Below are positions 20,001 to 27,642 of a stretch of DNA of 64,000 bases, in pieces. The translations under genes and the position numbers were made by a program. The stretch lies in assembly GCA_041742455.1 (NCBI GenBank), contig JBGSIO010000145.1:9335-73334 (forward strand), written 5' to 3'. This DNA is from Nitrospira sp. (lineage in GTDB: Bacteria; Nitrospirota; Nitrospiria; Nitrospirales; Nitrospiraceae). A model generated the notes under the pieces. It searched no databases. It saw only the letters and a program-made list of their open reading frames with translations, and was not told where the DNA came from. Numbering within the stretch: the first letter of the stretch is position 1; each line of letters begins with the position of its first letter.

Positions 20001-22022
20001 CGGTCTTGTGCTGTCATCCCACTTCGCCGCCCACACATATTTGGGGTTTTGGGCCGTACTTTCGCGTTCACCCCGCGCGATGTTGCCGTCCCACTTCCAG
20101 TCCCACACGGTCGCATCATACGCGAGAATTTGGCCCTTCTCGTCGTCCGTATGCCCGGGCTTTCCCTGCGCAGGCACGAACATCTCGACCCAGTCCTTGA
20201 TGTTCACGATCGCCGGATTCGATTTCCAATTGGTCTTCTGACTCTTGTCCACAATTTTGAATGTTTTGCCGAACCAATCAAGAGTCGTCCCGATCAGCTT
20301 GTCGGACGAAACACCCAACTTCATCCGGCCAGCACGATCCGGCAGCTCCCGGAGATCCGGCATGCTGTCCGTATGGGCCGCCCCAACTTGGAGCGTATTG
20401 TAAAACCGGCCGTAGCCCCACATCCCTGCGACATAGTGGTGCGCGACATGGCAGTGATAGAGGAATTCGCCGGCCAGATGCTGACAGCCGCCACCGCCAC
20501 ATTCAGGTTCGAGGTCCAACGCTTCAGATGGACCGATGACTTCGACGTCCACACGGTCGGACTTCGTTCGGACGACCGGATATTTTACCGGACCATCCTG
20601 ACCCATCGCCCACATATTGTTTGGTTCGGTGCCAGGACTGCGCTGCCAGCGAATCGATCCGCTATGCGGATGGTGGGAATGGAATACTTCCGACCCACCA
20701 TGGACGAGCCGCCACTTGACCGGATCACCCAGATAGCCGCGGGCAATCGTCGTCGGCGTATCACCGAATGTGTAGGAGCTATAGGCCAACGATTCGTCCT
20801 CGAATCCGAAATATTCGTGTTGCAAATGCATTTGATCGATGCCGAACGGCTCACTGCGGTAATTGATCGCCCGCCCGCCGGGACGATAGGCATCCGTCAG
20901 CGGGTCGCGCTGAGGCAAGAAATCTCCCTTCTTGTTCAGGGGACGAAAGGCTTCATCTCCGACTTCGTGGTAAAACAACACGAACTCGCGAAAATCAGGG
21001 CCCGACGCATTATCGATATTCACCTGCCAGCCGCTCCTGACCTCCGGAGCAGGCCCTCCGCTTCCGAGCGCATCAAGATACCTGGCGCCTTGCGGCTCCA
21101 CGATAAAGGCCCCGAAGAGACCCAGGACCGTGAGTTCGCGATCGTGGCTATACGAGTGGAATTGACGGACGCCCTCCTGCATCTTCGGATGGATGTACCA
21201 TTCGAATTCTTGAGCCTTACCGGGCGCCACAATGGAATCGGGATTGGTCGTCGTGGCTGGTTTACCGGTAGCGCTCACAACCATGCTCGACGCTTGGATG
21301 AAGAGGCTCCCATCTTCCCCTTCCATTTGATTGCGCAGGGTCATCTTGACACATTCGCCCTGATTCGCCCTGAGGACCAAGGGTTGAATTACGTCGCCCT
21401 GTAGGCCAGTGCTGACAGCCCCCGGTTCAAAGCCGTCCTTTTCACGAGCTTCTCTGTTCTTGGCCTCTTCGGCTCGAGTTTTCTCCAGATCCTCAGTCAA
21501 CACGTACATATAGCCCGGATAAAAATCGAGCCAGCGGTTCAATGTGATTTCGATGTTGATCATCGACACATCAAACTGTTTGCTCGGCACTCCCGCGGGA
21601 CATTTCCCTCCCGAAGTCAAGACCGGCTCACCTTTGTTCGAATCCGTCATCAGAAGGAAACTACTGCCGTCCTGCCCCATGTACTGGTGCATCATCGACA
21701 TATTGTTGAAGGCACCCGACGTCTGCTGAGCCTTGGCGTCTTTTTGGGCCTGTTGTTCCAACTTTTCCATCAACCGATGGTGCTGCATCTCCATCTTTTG
21801 CGCGTTGTCGGCGCGGCCCTCGATGGCGTTCTCCACCACGGTCTGACCCTTGAGCTGTTGGGTCCAGCCTGGCATCGCCACCGGTGTGGCGTGACCTCCC
21901 TGGGACGAATGATTGGGTTCTGCGGCAAACACCGGTGCTGCCACAACACTTCCTGCGATCAGGACAGCGTGCAACATCAGCAACCGTCGCTGCCAACGCT
22001 GTAGTTGAAAGAGCGATCTCAT
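17094..22022 (-). CDS. Large (1,642 aa) exported multicopper oxidase, paralog of 10280-15109
   Basis: HSHHPHS, HCHVAHHYVAGM, IHPHF and FWHDH; collinear with oxidase 1 along its whole length. Confidence 0.9.
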   Translation of the reverse strand: MRSLFQLQRWQRRLLMLHAVLIAGSVVAAPVFAAEPNHSSQGGHATPVAMPGWTQQLKGQTVVENAIEGRADNAQKMEMQHHRLMEKLEQQAQKDAKAQQTSGAFNNMSMMHQYMGQDGSSFLLMTDSNKGEPVLTSGGKCPAGVPSKQFDVSMINIEITLNRWLDFYPGYMYVLTEDLEKTRAEEAKNREAREKDGFEPGAVSTGLQGDVIQPLVLRANQGECVKMTLRNQMEGEDGSLFIQASSMVVSATGKPATTTNPDSIVAPGKAQEFEWYIHPKMQEGVRQFHSYSHDRELTVLGLFGAFIVEPQGARYLDALGSGGPAPEVRSGWQVNIDNASGPDFREFVLFYHEVGDEAFRPLNKKGDFLPQRDPLTDAYRPGGRAINYRSEPFGIDQMHLQHEYFGFEDESLAYSSYTFGDTPTTIARGYLGDPVKWRLVHGGSEVFHSHHPHSGSIRWQRSPGTEPNNMWAMGQDGPVKYPVVRTKSDRVDVEVIGPSEALDLEPECGGGGCQHLAGEFLYHCHVAHHYVAGMWGYGRFYNTLQVGAAHTDSMPDLRELPDRAGRMKLGVSSDKLIGTTLDWFGKTFKIVDKSQKTNWKSNPAIVNIKDWVEMFVPAQGKPGHTDDEKGQILAYDATVWDWKWDGNIARGERESTAQNPKYVWAAKWDDSTRPAILFDPTTGKMAWPLFKPHFGKRVPFSANHNGAPWLEPIHQDAKGERTSEPAMPGEQGRWSLCPENANRKHYNIHFIRLPITLAKKQGNEPPIVDKDGLIYVLHEEERLTRGDDDLKVPAVIRANVYDCVDVILTSEWDDDDYTNFQSSKINIHPHFFQFDTGNSDGVISGFEYEMSVRPFTMWGKKTKHGLPAPMVGKLASPVKAGATSVKIQMAPGATKFHVNTEVMVGMDCLEKGNDPTASLPRDKSCQEVARIKEIKGDQIIFFKPLKHHHPANDLVSPEFVRYRWWVDVDMGTVFWHDHAFGATTWPHGGFGVTIVEPYGSTYHDPKNGKLVYSGPIADIHSSEPIGAGVSGSFRELMVSIHDTVPHTVNVIEAGNPPGQPVEVALEAGKTVSFQMPEKILNAPNKYLNGGTHTTGSGFNFRAEPFAQRLANNPDTSKLFSSAIHGDPDTPLLRAYTGDTMVFRLLHQLMNESHVWTISGHTFLTERYAADANRKNSIHVGIAERYDLVTKAGGFQGMPGDYIHFNGRTSHFAEGGWGIVRVLDKEVPDLKPLPKGTNPLSIPATPGSVCPADAPVKSFNVVAVDRPMKLNPKSPDVIEVDFERKIELTIPEGKIFALEEEAMTVSGGKTPHPLTLRVNLGDCIKVNLKNKMKASRASFFAPGLAFDPKDSQGLNVGNNGGDQTVAPGEARAYTYYAHPANKETTSLVWDGGNIVVNPRNGLYGAVIVGPRGSQYRDPVSGADISQKNAWRADVIVDASLPENVGKRNYRDVALFFQDEDNIIGTSFMPYVQNVAGLTSVNYRAEPYLFRENQGCSLSKIFQPCVVEKPEDPVTPLIEAHAGDPIRIHLIGANSEQNGMFGIEGHEWPIEPYMPGADMISVVEYAGSEILDVFLRGGAGGPYRQVGDFVWSNQRLPYTQSGQWGYLRVLPVGDTRIQPLGAGGVGAKRADETPQPQVMPTAMK

Positions 22023-22081
22023 ATCTCGGCCTCCTCTCCTTGGATATGGCTATGGCTTCAGACCGTGAGTTGATTGCTGTC

Positions 22082-22255
22082 GGTCGATCATCAATCGACC
22101 ATCCCCTATACGCCTATTCGGTAGTGAGCACCGGCCTCCGACTCGCATCCGGCCCCCTCTCTTTGGAGGGTAAAGAGCTGGTGAAGGGTTCCTTCTTGCG
22201 AAGGAATGGGTCATTCGGAGGCCGGTCCAAAATCACCCAGACCTTCACCAGCAAC
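22082..22255 (-). ncRNA. Candidate structured cis-regulatory RNA in the 5' leader of multicopper oxidase 2
   Basis: Perfect 11-bp helix 22242-22252/22177-22187; perfect 12-bp helix 22215-22226/22130-22141; 7-bp stem with GCAA (GNRA) loop on the minus strand; further hairpins at 22159-22177 and 22082-22100. Confidence 0.55.
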
Positions 22256-22265
22256 AATTCTTGTC

Positions 22266-22281
22266 AGCAATCACCATGCCG
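22266..22281 (-). promoter_or_regulatory. Sigma54-like promoter for oxidase 2
   Basis: Minus strand reads CGGCATGGTGATTGCT (GG-N10-GC); predicted +1 near 22255. Confidence 0.5.
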
Positions 22282-22657
22282 AGAGGAACAAGCACGCCGA
22301 TAATCGAAACTTCGTAAGGTGTGACAATGTGTTAGGTGAATGGTGGTTGTGTGCCACCGATTGAAAGGCTCAGAGGAATTATTCCGCTGATAAAGTCACT
22401 CTCAAGAGGCTATTCATGAAAATACTTAAAAATCATGAAGTTCCACTGCCTAATATGTTGGACATTACTCATCGAAGAAATGGGGCGTAACGGGGCAACC
22501 GTGGCTCTCTCGGTTTGGAGAGACTGACTAACGAATCGCCCTTTTACGTCGGAGTTCTCTGACCAAGCAAGGAAGGAACACGACGGTAGAATTTCCTCGA
22601 GCGAGAATTCACTTACTCTGCCGTCAGGAACCTTGTCGGAGGCAGTGGAGCTGCGTG

Positions 22658-23893
22658 CTAGAAGAACGCCATGCTGGCGTACGTGACGGTCGAGTTGTAT
22701 TGATCGGTAATCCCGCGATCGTAGCGGAGGACCTGCCCCTTTTCAGCTTGGATCAATCGCAGCAGGCTATAGATGGGCGAGAAGCCGGAAATGCGCCGTT
22801 GGTCGTTTTCTTTTTGAATATAGGCAGCGAAGCCGTCCGGTTTAATCTCTTCCACCTGTTTCAACATTTCCAGATCTCGTTGCATGGAGCGATGAAAAGA
22901 GAAATCGGTCGGTGGTGCACTATCGCCGTAACGAAGGCCGAGATGAGCCAACTCCCCTGCCGCAATCATGCACACGACTTTTCCAGAGGCGACGACTGTC
23001 TCCCGTAGAGTGGTAAGGAATTGTTCGACGGAGGCTCGAACGGCTGCATCGTTCAGGCTCATTGCAGAGAAGGACGACAGCACTGGGACAATCGTGAAGG
23101 GCTTGCCGACGATGGTCTGAAGGAACGGCAACTGGAACTCAATCGCATGCTCCGATTGATGAGCAATGTCCTCTTTGAAGTACTGCGGCACCAGTTCCTG
23201 TAACCGCTCCACTATCATCCGATCGGTTTGCACGACTCCTAAGGGCGTCTCGAAATCCTTGTCGGTGACGGCGAAGAGATTCTCCAGTCCCGCATGGGCC
23301 GTCCCGATGACCACATAGACATCAGGCTGCTGACACTCTTGCAGTTCTTTGTAGCCCCACGCGTATACGGATCCAGCTTGTTTGAGTTCATAGGTTGGTG
23401 CAACGATTCCCTTGATCAACTTGCCTCGATGCTCAGACGGTTTGAAATCCGGCCCCTCGCCCGAGGTAAAGAATCCATCAAGCTGTTTCTTCAACTTCAC
23501 GCCGTCGGCTTCGTAACTACGTCCTGCAAAAGCAGCCGGTCGCGTCGACTGCTGTCGATACTCCTGCCGAGCCTGCTGCCGCGCCGTCTCGGTTCTCGGG
23601 CCTTCCAAGAACAGTTTTTGTTCAAGATCTACCACCAGCTGATCCACTTTGTTCGGCAACAGGAACTCGCCGAACCGTTTCAAGTACAACGCGCCGATGT
23701 CCTGAATGGAGTGCTCTCCGTCGAAATGTTGCACAATGAAGAAGAAATTGAGCGGAAGAACAAGCTTCTCTTTGCTCAAACCACTGGGATCCCAGAGCAC
23801 GATCAACTGATCTTCACCCTGCTGAATGGGAGAAAATTGCAGATTCCGCAGGACCGGATACTGCGTGGAATCCTTGGTGATACCAGACGTCAT
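22658..23893 (-). CDS. MEMO1-family protein (AmmeMemoRadiSam system protein B-like) with a PqqD/RRE-like N-terminal domain; track start 23974 reads into a repeat, true start about 23893
   Basis: AFAGRSYEAD, DFETPLG, EHAIEFQLPFL, ELAHLGLRYGD. Confidence 0.85.
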   Translation of the reverse strand: MTSGITKDSTQYPVLRNLQFSPIQQGEDQLIVLWDPSGLSKEKLVLPLNFFFIVQHFDGEHSIQDIGALYLKRFGEFLLPNKVDQLVVDLEQKLFLEGPRTETARQQARQEYRQQSTRPAAFAGRSYEADGVKLKKQLDGFFTSGEGPDFKPSEHRGKLIKGIVAPTYELKQAGSVYAWGYKELQECQQPDVYVVIGTAHAGLENLFAVTDKDFETPLGVVQTDRMIVERLQELVPQYFKEDIAHQSEHAIEFQLPFLQTIVGKPFTIVPVLSSFSAMSLNDAAVRASVEQFLTTLRETVVASGKVVCMIAAGELAHLGLRYGDSAPPTDFSFHRSMQRDLEMLKQVEEIKPDGFAAYIQKENDQRRISGFSPIYSLLRLIQAEKGQVLRYDRGITDQYNSTVTYASMAFF

Positions 23894-23934
23894 AGCGGAA
23901 GACATTGTAGGGGATGGACTGGAGCAGCTGCAAC

Positions 23935-24055
23935 CTGAGAATGCCGCAAAACCCCGCCAGCTTCGCTCTCGCATCGCTCAAGACCTCAACGTACCAACCA
24001 CGTACGCCTCAGCCTTTCGCTCGCTGCGGCCTCGCTGGACGAGCGTTTCCAGCTC
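23935..24055. repeat. Short copy of a dispersed palindromic repeat/MITE family
   Basis: CCAGCTTCGCTCTCGCATCGCTCAAGACCTCAACGTACC and CGCTGCGGCCTCGCTGGA match the reverse complement of both ends of the 42799-43034 element. Confidence 0.75.
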
Positions 24056-24086
24056 TCAATAGCTCCAATATGCGCCGTATCGATCT

Positions 24087-24854
24087 CTAGTGAGTATCCG
24101 GAGGGTGCTCTTGGCCTCCTCGCCAAGCGAGCACGCACAGCGCTCCTACGACGACAACCACCAGCCAGATGGTTGGCCGGCCGTATGAGGCATCAGAGAA
24201 TTCGATCAAGTCCGTCAATCGGCCGATCAACAAGGACATGCGGGCCATAACCGTATAGCCGAAGGCGGCGCCGAATGAAATCATCAGGAACAGTATGCCC
24301 GTGCGAGCGACAAACTTTCCTGCCCCACTATGTTCAATGGAGAAAAAGAAGTAAAAGAGGACCGACCCAACCCCCAGCAAAATGATGATCGCATTGAGGT
24401 CGCTGGCTGGATTGAGCAGATTCATCGAAAAGGTGAGGCCGTCCTGTCCTGCGAGCGACAAGAGCGGTCGAACGGTATCCTCGACTTGCTTGAGGATGAA
24501 GGATGAAATTGTTCGTGGAATCGCTAACCCGGCCCCCATCCCGACGATGAAGGCGAAGGCATATCGAGACAGCCAGGCTGCCTTCGGCACATACCGAGTC
24601 AGCATCAGCATCCCAATAGCGACGGGAATCAGCAGGGCGATCTCACCGTTCTCCACGATCGGTTTGACGACCAAGTGGACAATGACCGTATCGTAGGTCT
24701 TCACGATCACGTAGCCGACCGAGACACCCACATAGAGATGTTCCGCGAGCTTGAAGAGCGGGTTATCTTTATAGAGAAAGGAAAAGATGAGTAGCGTTAA
24801 CCCGGTCGCGACCCAAGCTCCTACGATCGATTCAAACGGCATGGCATTCACCAA
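24087..24854 (-). CDS. Polytopic membrane protein of the GlmL operon
   Basis: About 7 hydrophobic segments; tight spacing with the upstream gene. Confidence 0.85.
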   Translation of the reverse strand: MVNAMPFESIVGAWVATGLTLLIFSFLYKDNPLFKLAEHLYVGVSVGYVIVKTYDTVIVHLVVKPIVENGEIALLIPVAIGMLMLTRYVPKAAWLSRYAFAFIVGMGAGLAIPRTISSFILKQVEDTVRPLLSLAGQDGLTFSMNLLNPASDLNAIIILLGVGSVLFYFFFSIEHSGAGKFVARTGILFLMISFGAAFGYTVMARMSLLIGRLTDLIEFSDASYGRPTIWLVVVVVGALCVLAWRGGQEHPPDTH

Positions 24855-24858
24855 TACG

Positions 24859-25683
24859 TTACCCTCTCTGCTGTCGAAGCGAAAAATAGAACAAGTTGCA
24901 CATGATCACCAACACAATGATGGCGAGATGCGTGGCCGACTGGGCATCCATTCCCGCCACGGCCTTGCCCTTTTGGTCGATGAGGCTTTCATACTCCGCT
25001 GCGCCACGGAGCCCACCGATGAGCCCGTTAATCTGCCCACTCCGGAGCAAGGGATACAATCCCGGGGCCATCACTCCTGTGCAACCGCCGCCAAGCTCGA
25101 ACTTATATTTGTCCTTCCCAAAGACATACCACTCTTCCACTCCCGGTCGTCCGGCGCCCAAGCTGACCATGTAGCCGACATCTTTCAGATTGCGGACTCC
25201 GTCCAAGATCGGCAACTCCTTGGTGGGTCTTCCACCATAGTCGCTTGGAAATGCTGAATAGAGATTCTGTCCCATGTTAATGATCACGGCCTGCCCGCCG
25301 GGGCTCCATCCGAGAAAGACATAGTCGTTTCCGTATTCCTTCCCCATCTCTTCGGCTACCTGCGTCACGAGCTGGTCCGCCATACCGGTCCCAGACACCC
25401 ACAGCGTCATGGTGATCACGCGAAGATTTTTCTTAAAAGCATGGCGCAAGAGCGCAATGGCTTGCGGATAGAGTTCCGGTTTGGACGCGGGATCAAAATC
25501 AATCGACAAGAGAAAGACCGACCGCTCCGGCAACGATTCAATGTGATCGTAGACACCACGTACTTCCGTTGAAATCTTGATCGGCAAACCGACAGGATAC
25601 AGCAGCGGCAAAAGCGTGCAGAGACCGATCACCAAAAAGATAATCCGTCGGTCGATCTTGAGCATGCGCTCCGAGAAACTCAT
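24859..25683 (-). CDS. Membrane-anchored alpha/beta protein of the GlmL operon
   Basis: TM segments at both ends flanking a soluble alpha/beta region. Confidence 0.85.
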   Translation of the reverse strand: MSFSERMLKIDRRIIFLVIGLCTLLPLLYPVGLPIKISTEVRGVYDHIESLPERSVFLLSIDFDPASKPELYPQAIALLRHAFKKNLRVITMTLWVSGTGMADQLVTQVAEEMGKEYGNDYVFLGWSPGGQAVIINMGQNLYSAFPSDYGGRPTKELPILDGVRNLKDVGYMVSLGAGRPGVEEWYVFGKDKYKFELGGGCTGVMAPGLYPLLRSGQINGLIGGLRGAAEYESLIDQKGKAVAGMDAQSATHLAIIVLVIMCNLFYFSLRQQRG

Positions 25684-25711
25684 GCCTTTTCCAATTCTCT
25701 CTCACCCATCC

Positions 25712-26362
25712 CTACTCCTTCCCCCCACCAAGATACGACCGCTCAACGCCGAAAATAATCTTGAACGACAAGGCGACGGCCCCGAGGCTGACTCCGATCA
25801 AAATGGCTCGACGTACCGACGCATTGAGCACATTCAAAATCCAGGAAGATACATCACCGCTGAGTGGAATCAAATATTCGCCCAATGGCACTCGCCCCAT
25901 CATGACGATCATAGCCGCCACCAAAAGCACTGCCGCTTCACGACTCTTGGCCCTAAACGAGCGATAGGCGGCAGATGCGATGAAGAAGGCCAAGATGGCA
26001 AACATCGTCCCTTGCAGCGGCACCATCATATAGTTGTAGACCCAGCCGAAGGCTGTCATGGCCCCTTCGACACTTTCCTTGCCGTCGGCCCAGAGCCCAA
26101 CCGCAATCGTGCCCAACATTCCGGCATACAATACGAGGCTATAGCCCCATCCCGCTTCCTGACGTCTGATCTTAGCCGCATGCTGATGGAAGAGACTGGT
26201 CACACCCAAAATCAGCGCAAACCCCCCGATGATCTGGAGCCACTTCGTCGCCGACGTGAGCATTTGCTCCGAAGCCGGATGTGGCACGTAGTACTGACCG
26301 GCAAACAGGAGACCGGTGATCAGAGTGATCAAGAGAGGAAGTTGTCGTCGGAGAAAAATCAT
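25712..26362 (-). CDS. Polytopic membrane protein of the GlmL operon
   Basis: About 6 TM segments; 4-nt overlap with the upstream gene. Confidence 0.85.
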   Translation of the reverse strand: MIFLRRQLPLLITLITGLLFAGQYYVPHPASEQMLTSATKWLQIIGGFALILGVTSLFHQHAAKIRRQEAGWGYSLVLYAGMLGTIAVGLWADGKESVEGAMTAFGWVYNYMMVPLQGTMFAILAFFIASAAYRSFRAKSREAAVLLVAAMIVMMGRVPLGEYLIPLSGDVSSWILNVLNASVRRAILIGVSLGAVALSFKIIFGVERSYLGGGKE

Positions 26363-27639
26363 TTCAGATCCCTAAACAGATCGAGCACGAGTTCCGGCCA
26401 CTGCGCGCCGGTCACGGCTCCGACCGTCGCCAATACCGTTCCGACGGCAATTGCGCTAAGAATCACCGCTTTCCCGATATCCTGACCGAGGAGTGTCCCG
26501 ATCTGGACCGGCTCTTTGGAAAGGTACGCGCTGGCCGCATAGAGTTCTTCACCGATCAACGTGTAGTCGCAGGTCGTGACGAAGAACGGTAGCTGATGGT
26601 CCGAGTCGGTGCCGGCGATCTGAATAGCGCCGGTACTCGCGCCGGTTTCCGTCAGCAGCAACGATTCGGCAAAGTAGGAGCCCATGAAAAAATTGGCGGC
26701 CGGTTTTCTTCGCAGCATAATGCCGTCTACCGCTGCCGTGTAACTGAACTGATCCGACGTAATAAAAAAGTTCGCGTCTTCCTTGAAGAGATCAGGCTTA
26801 CCCGCTTCCAAATAGGCCTGTTTTGTAATTTCCTGACACACCGCCATCGTGATCGGCTCTCGGTGAGGAACCATCAGTTCTGTTCCATACAGCGCGGCTC
26901 GTTTCGCAACCTTCCCTAGGATGACGGCCGCCGCGATCGTCGAGGGGTCATGCAGGTCGTGCGCCCCGGTTAAATACAAAATCGGCTTGCCCAGTTCGGT
27001 GGCTCGTCCGATCGCTTCATCGACCGCATCAAGACCAGGAATACGCCGGAGGAAGATTTCGTTTCGCTTCGCATAACTGATCGAGAAGAACACCAGCCCT
27101 CCGAATGAGACCGCGATGATGAGATTGTTGAGTTGGTTCCAATTGAACCAGTTCGGCGATGGAGTGGAGATCAAGACCGGGCTGAAGATCCGCTGGTTGT
27201 CTTGCACCGTGGCCACGGCCACGGCATAGGACATGCCATCGATGATTTCTATCCCCTTCCCGCTTCTGGCCATGACTTGATGCCAAGCTTTGTCAGCCTT
27301 TCTGGTCCACCAAGCCGTTTTTGTGTCTTTGATGTAATGGGTATTCGATGGAAACTCCGCGATGATGGTGAATGCCGATGGATCACTCGCCGAAGCTTCT
27401 CCGACCAAGACCTGATAACGAATGTCGGACCGATCGCTTGGCGCAGGCGCCCACTGCACCGTGAGGCTTCCTCCTCCATCGCTCGGCGTATCGAAGACCC
27501 GGACCTCTTGGGGAACACTGATAGCTGTCTCAGCCGATGCGTAAGGTGAGAGGACGCTCGACCCACAGAAGTTCATGACTAGCAAGAGCCCTATGACGCG
27601 GCCACAGTCACCTTCCAGAAAATACGTTTCACGCTTCAC
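26359..27639 (-). CDS. Fibronectin-III-like exported domain plus membrane-embedded alpha/beta domain (DUF6754-like, from recall)
   Basis: Signal/TM, FN3-like VPQEVRVFDT...LTVQWAP...YQV...YAVAVAT, internal TM, IRRIPGLDAVDEAIGRATELG, C-terminal TM. Confidence 0.8.
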   Translation of the reverse strand: MKRETYFLEGDCGRVIGLLLVMNFCGSSVLSPYASAETAISVPQEVRVFDTPSDGGGSLTVQWAPAPSDRSDIRYQVLVGEASASDPSAFTIIAEFPSNTHYIKDTKTAWWTRKADKAWHQVMARSGKGIEIIDGMSYAVAVATVQDNQRIFSPVLISTPSPNWFNWNQLNNLIIAVSFGGLVFFSISYAKRNEIFLRRIPGLDAVDEAIGRATELGKPILYLTGAHDLHDPSTIAAAVILGKVAKRAALYGTELMVPHREPITMAVCQEITKQAYLEAGKPDLFKEDANFFITSDQFSYTAAVDGIMLRRKPAANFFMGSYFAESLLLTETGASTGAIQIAGTDSDHQLPFFVTTCDYTLIGEELYAASAYLSKEPVQIGTLLGQDIGKAVILSAIAVGTVLATVGAVTGAQWPELVLDLFRDLK

Positions 27640-27642
27640 ATT

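Noticed and set aside
10310-21404. Long plus-strand ORFs (e.g. 12671-13822, 20049-21404, 29089-30231) opposite real genes
   Set aside because: Antisense shadows of GC-biased coding sequence, with no motifs or RBS; their mutual similarity just mirrors the MCO paralogy.
22582-22625. Hairpin GACGGTAGA…TCTGCCGTC downstream of the MEMO gene
   Set aside because: A single imperfect stem with no U-tract or other supporting structure.
23894-23974. N-terminal extensions in the ORF track (MEMO, lepB, rfaE1, kdsB, sppA, pyrC, DUF62)
   Set aside because: They read into repeats or overlap neighbouring genes; downstream starts fit family lengths and stop/start coupling.
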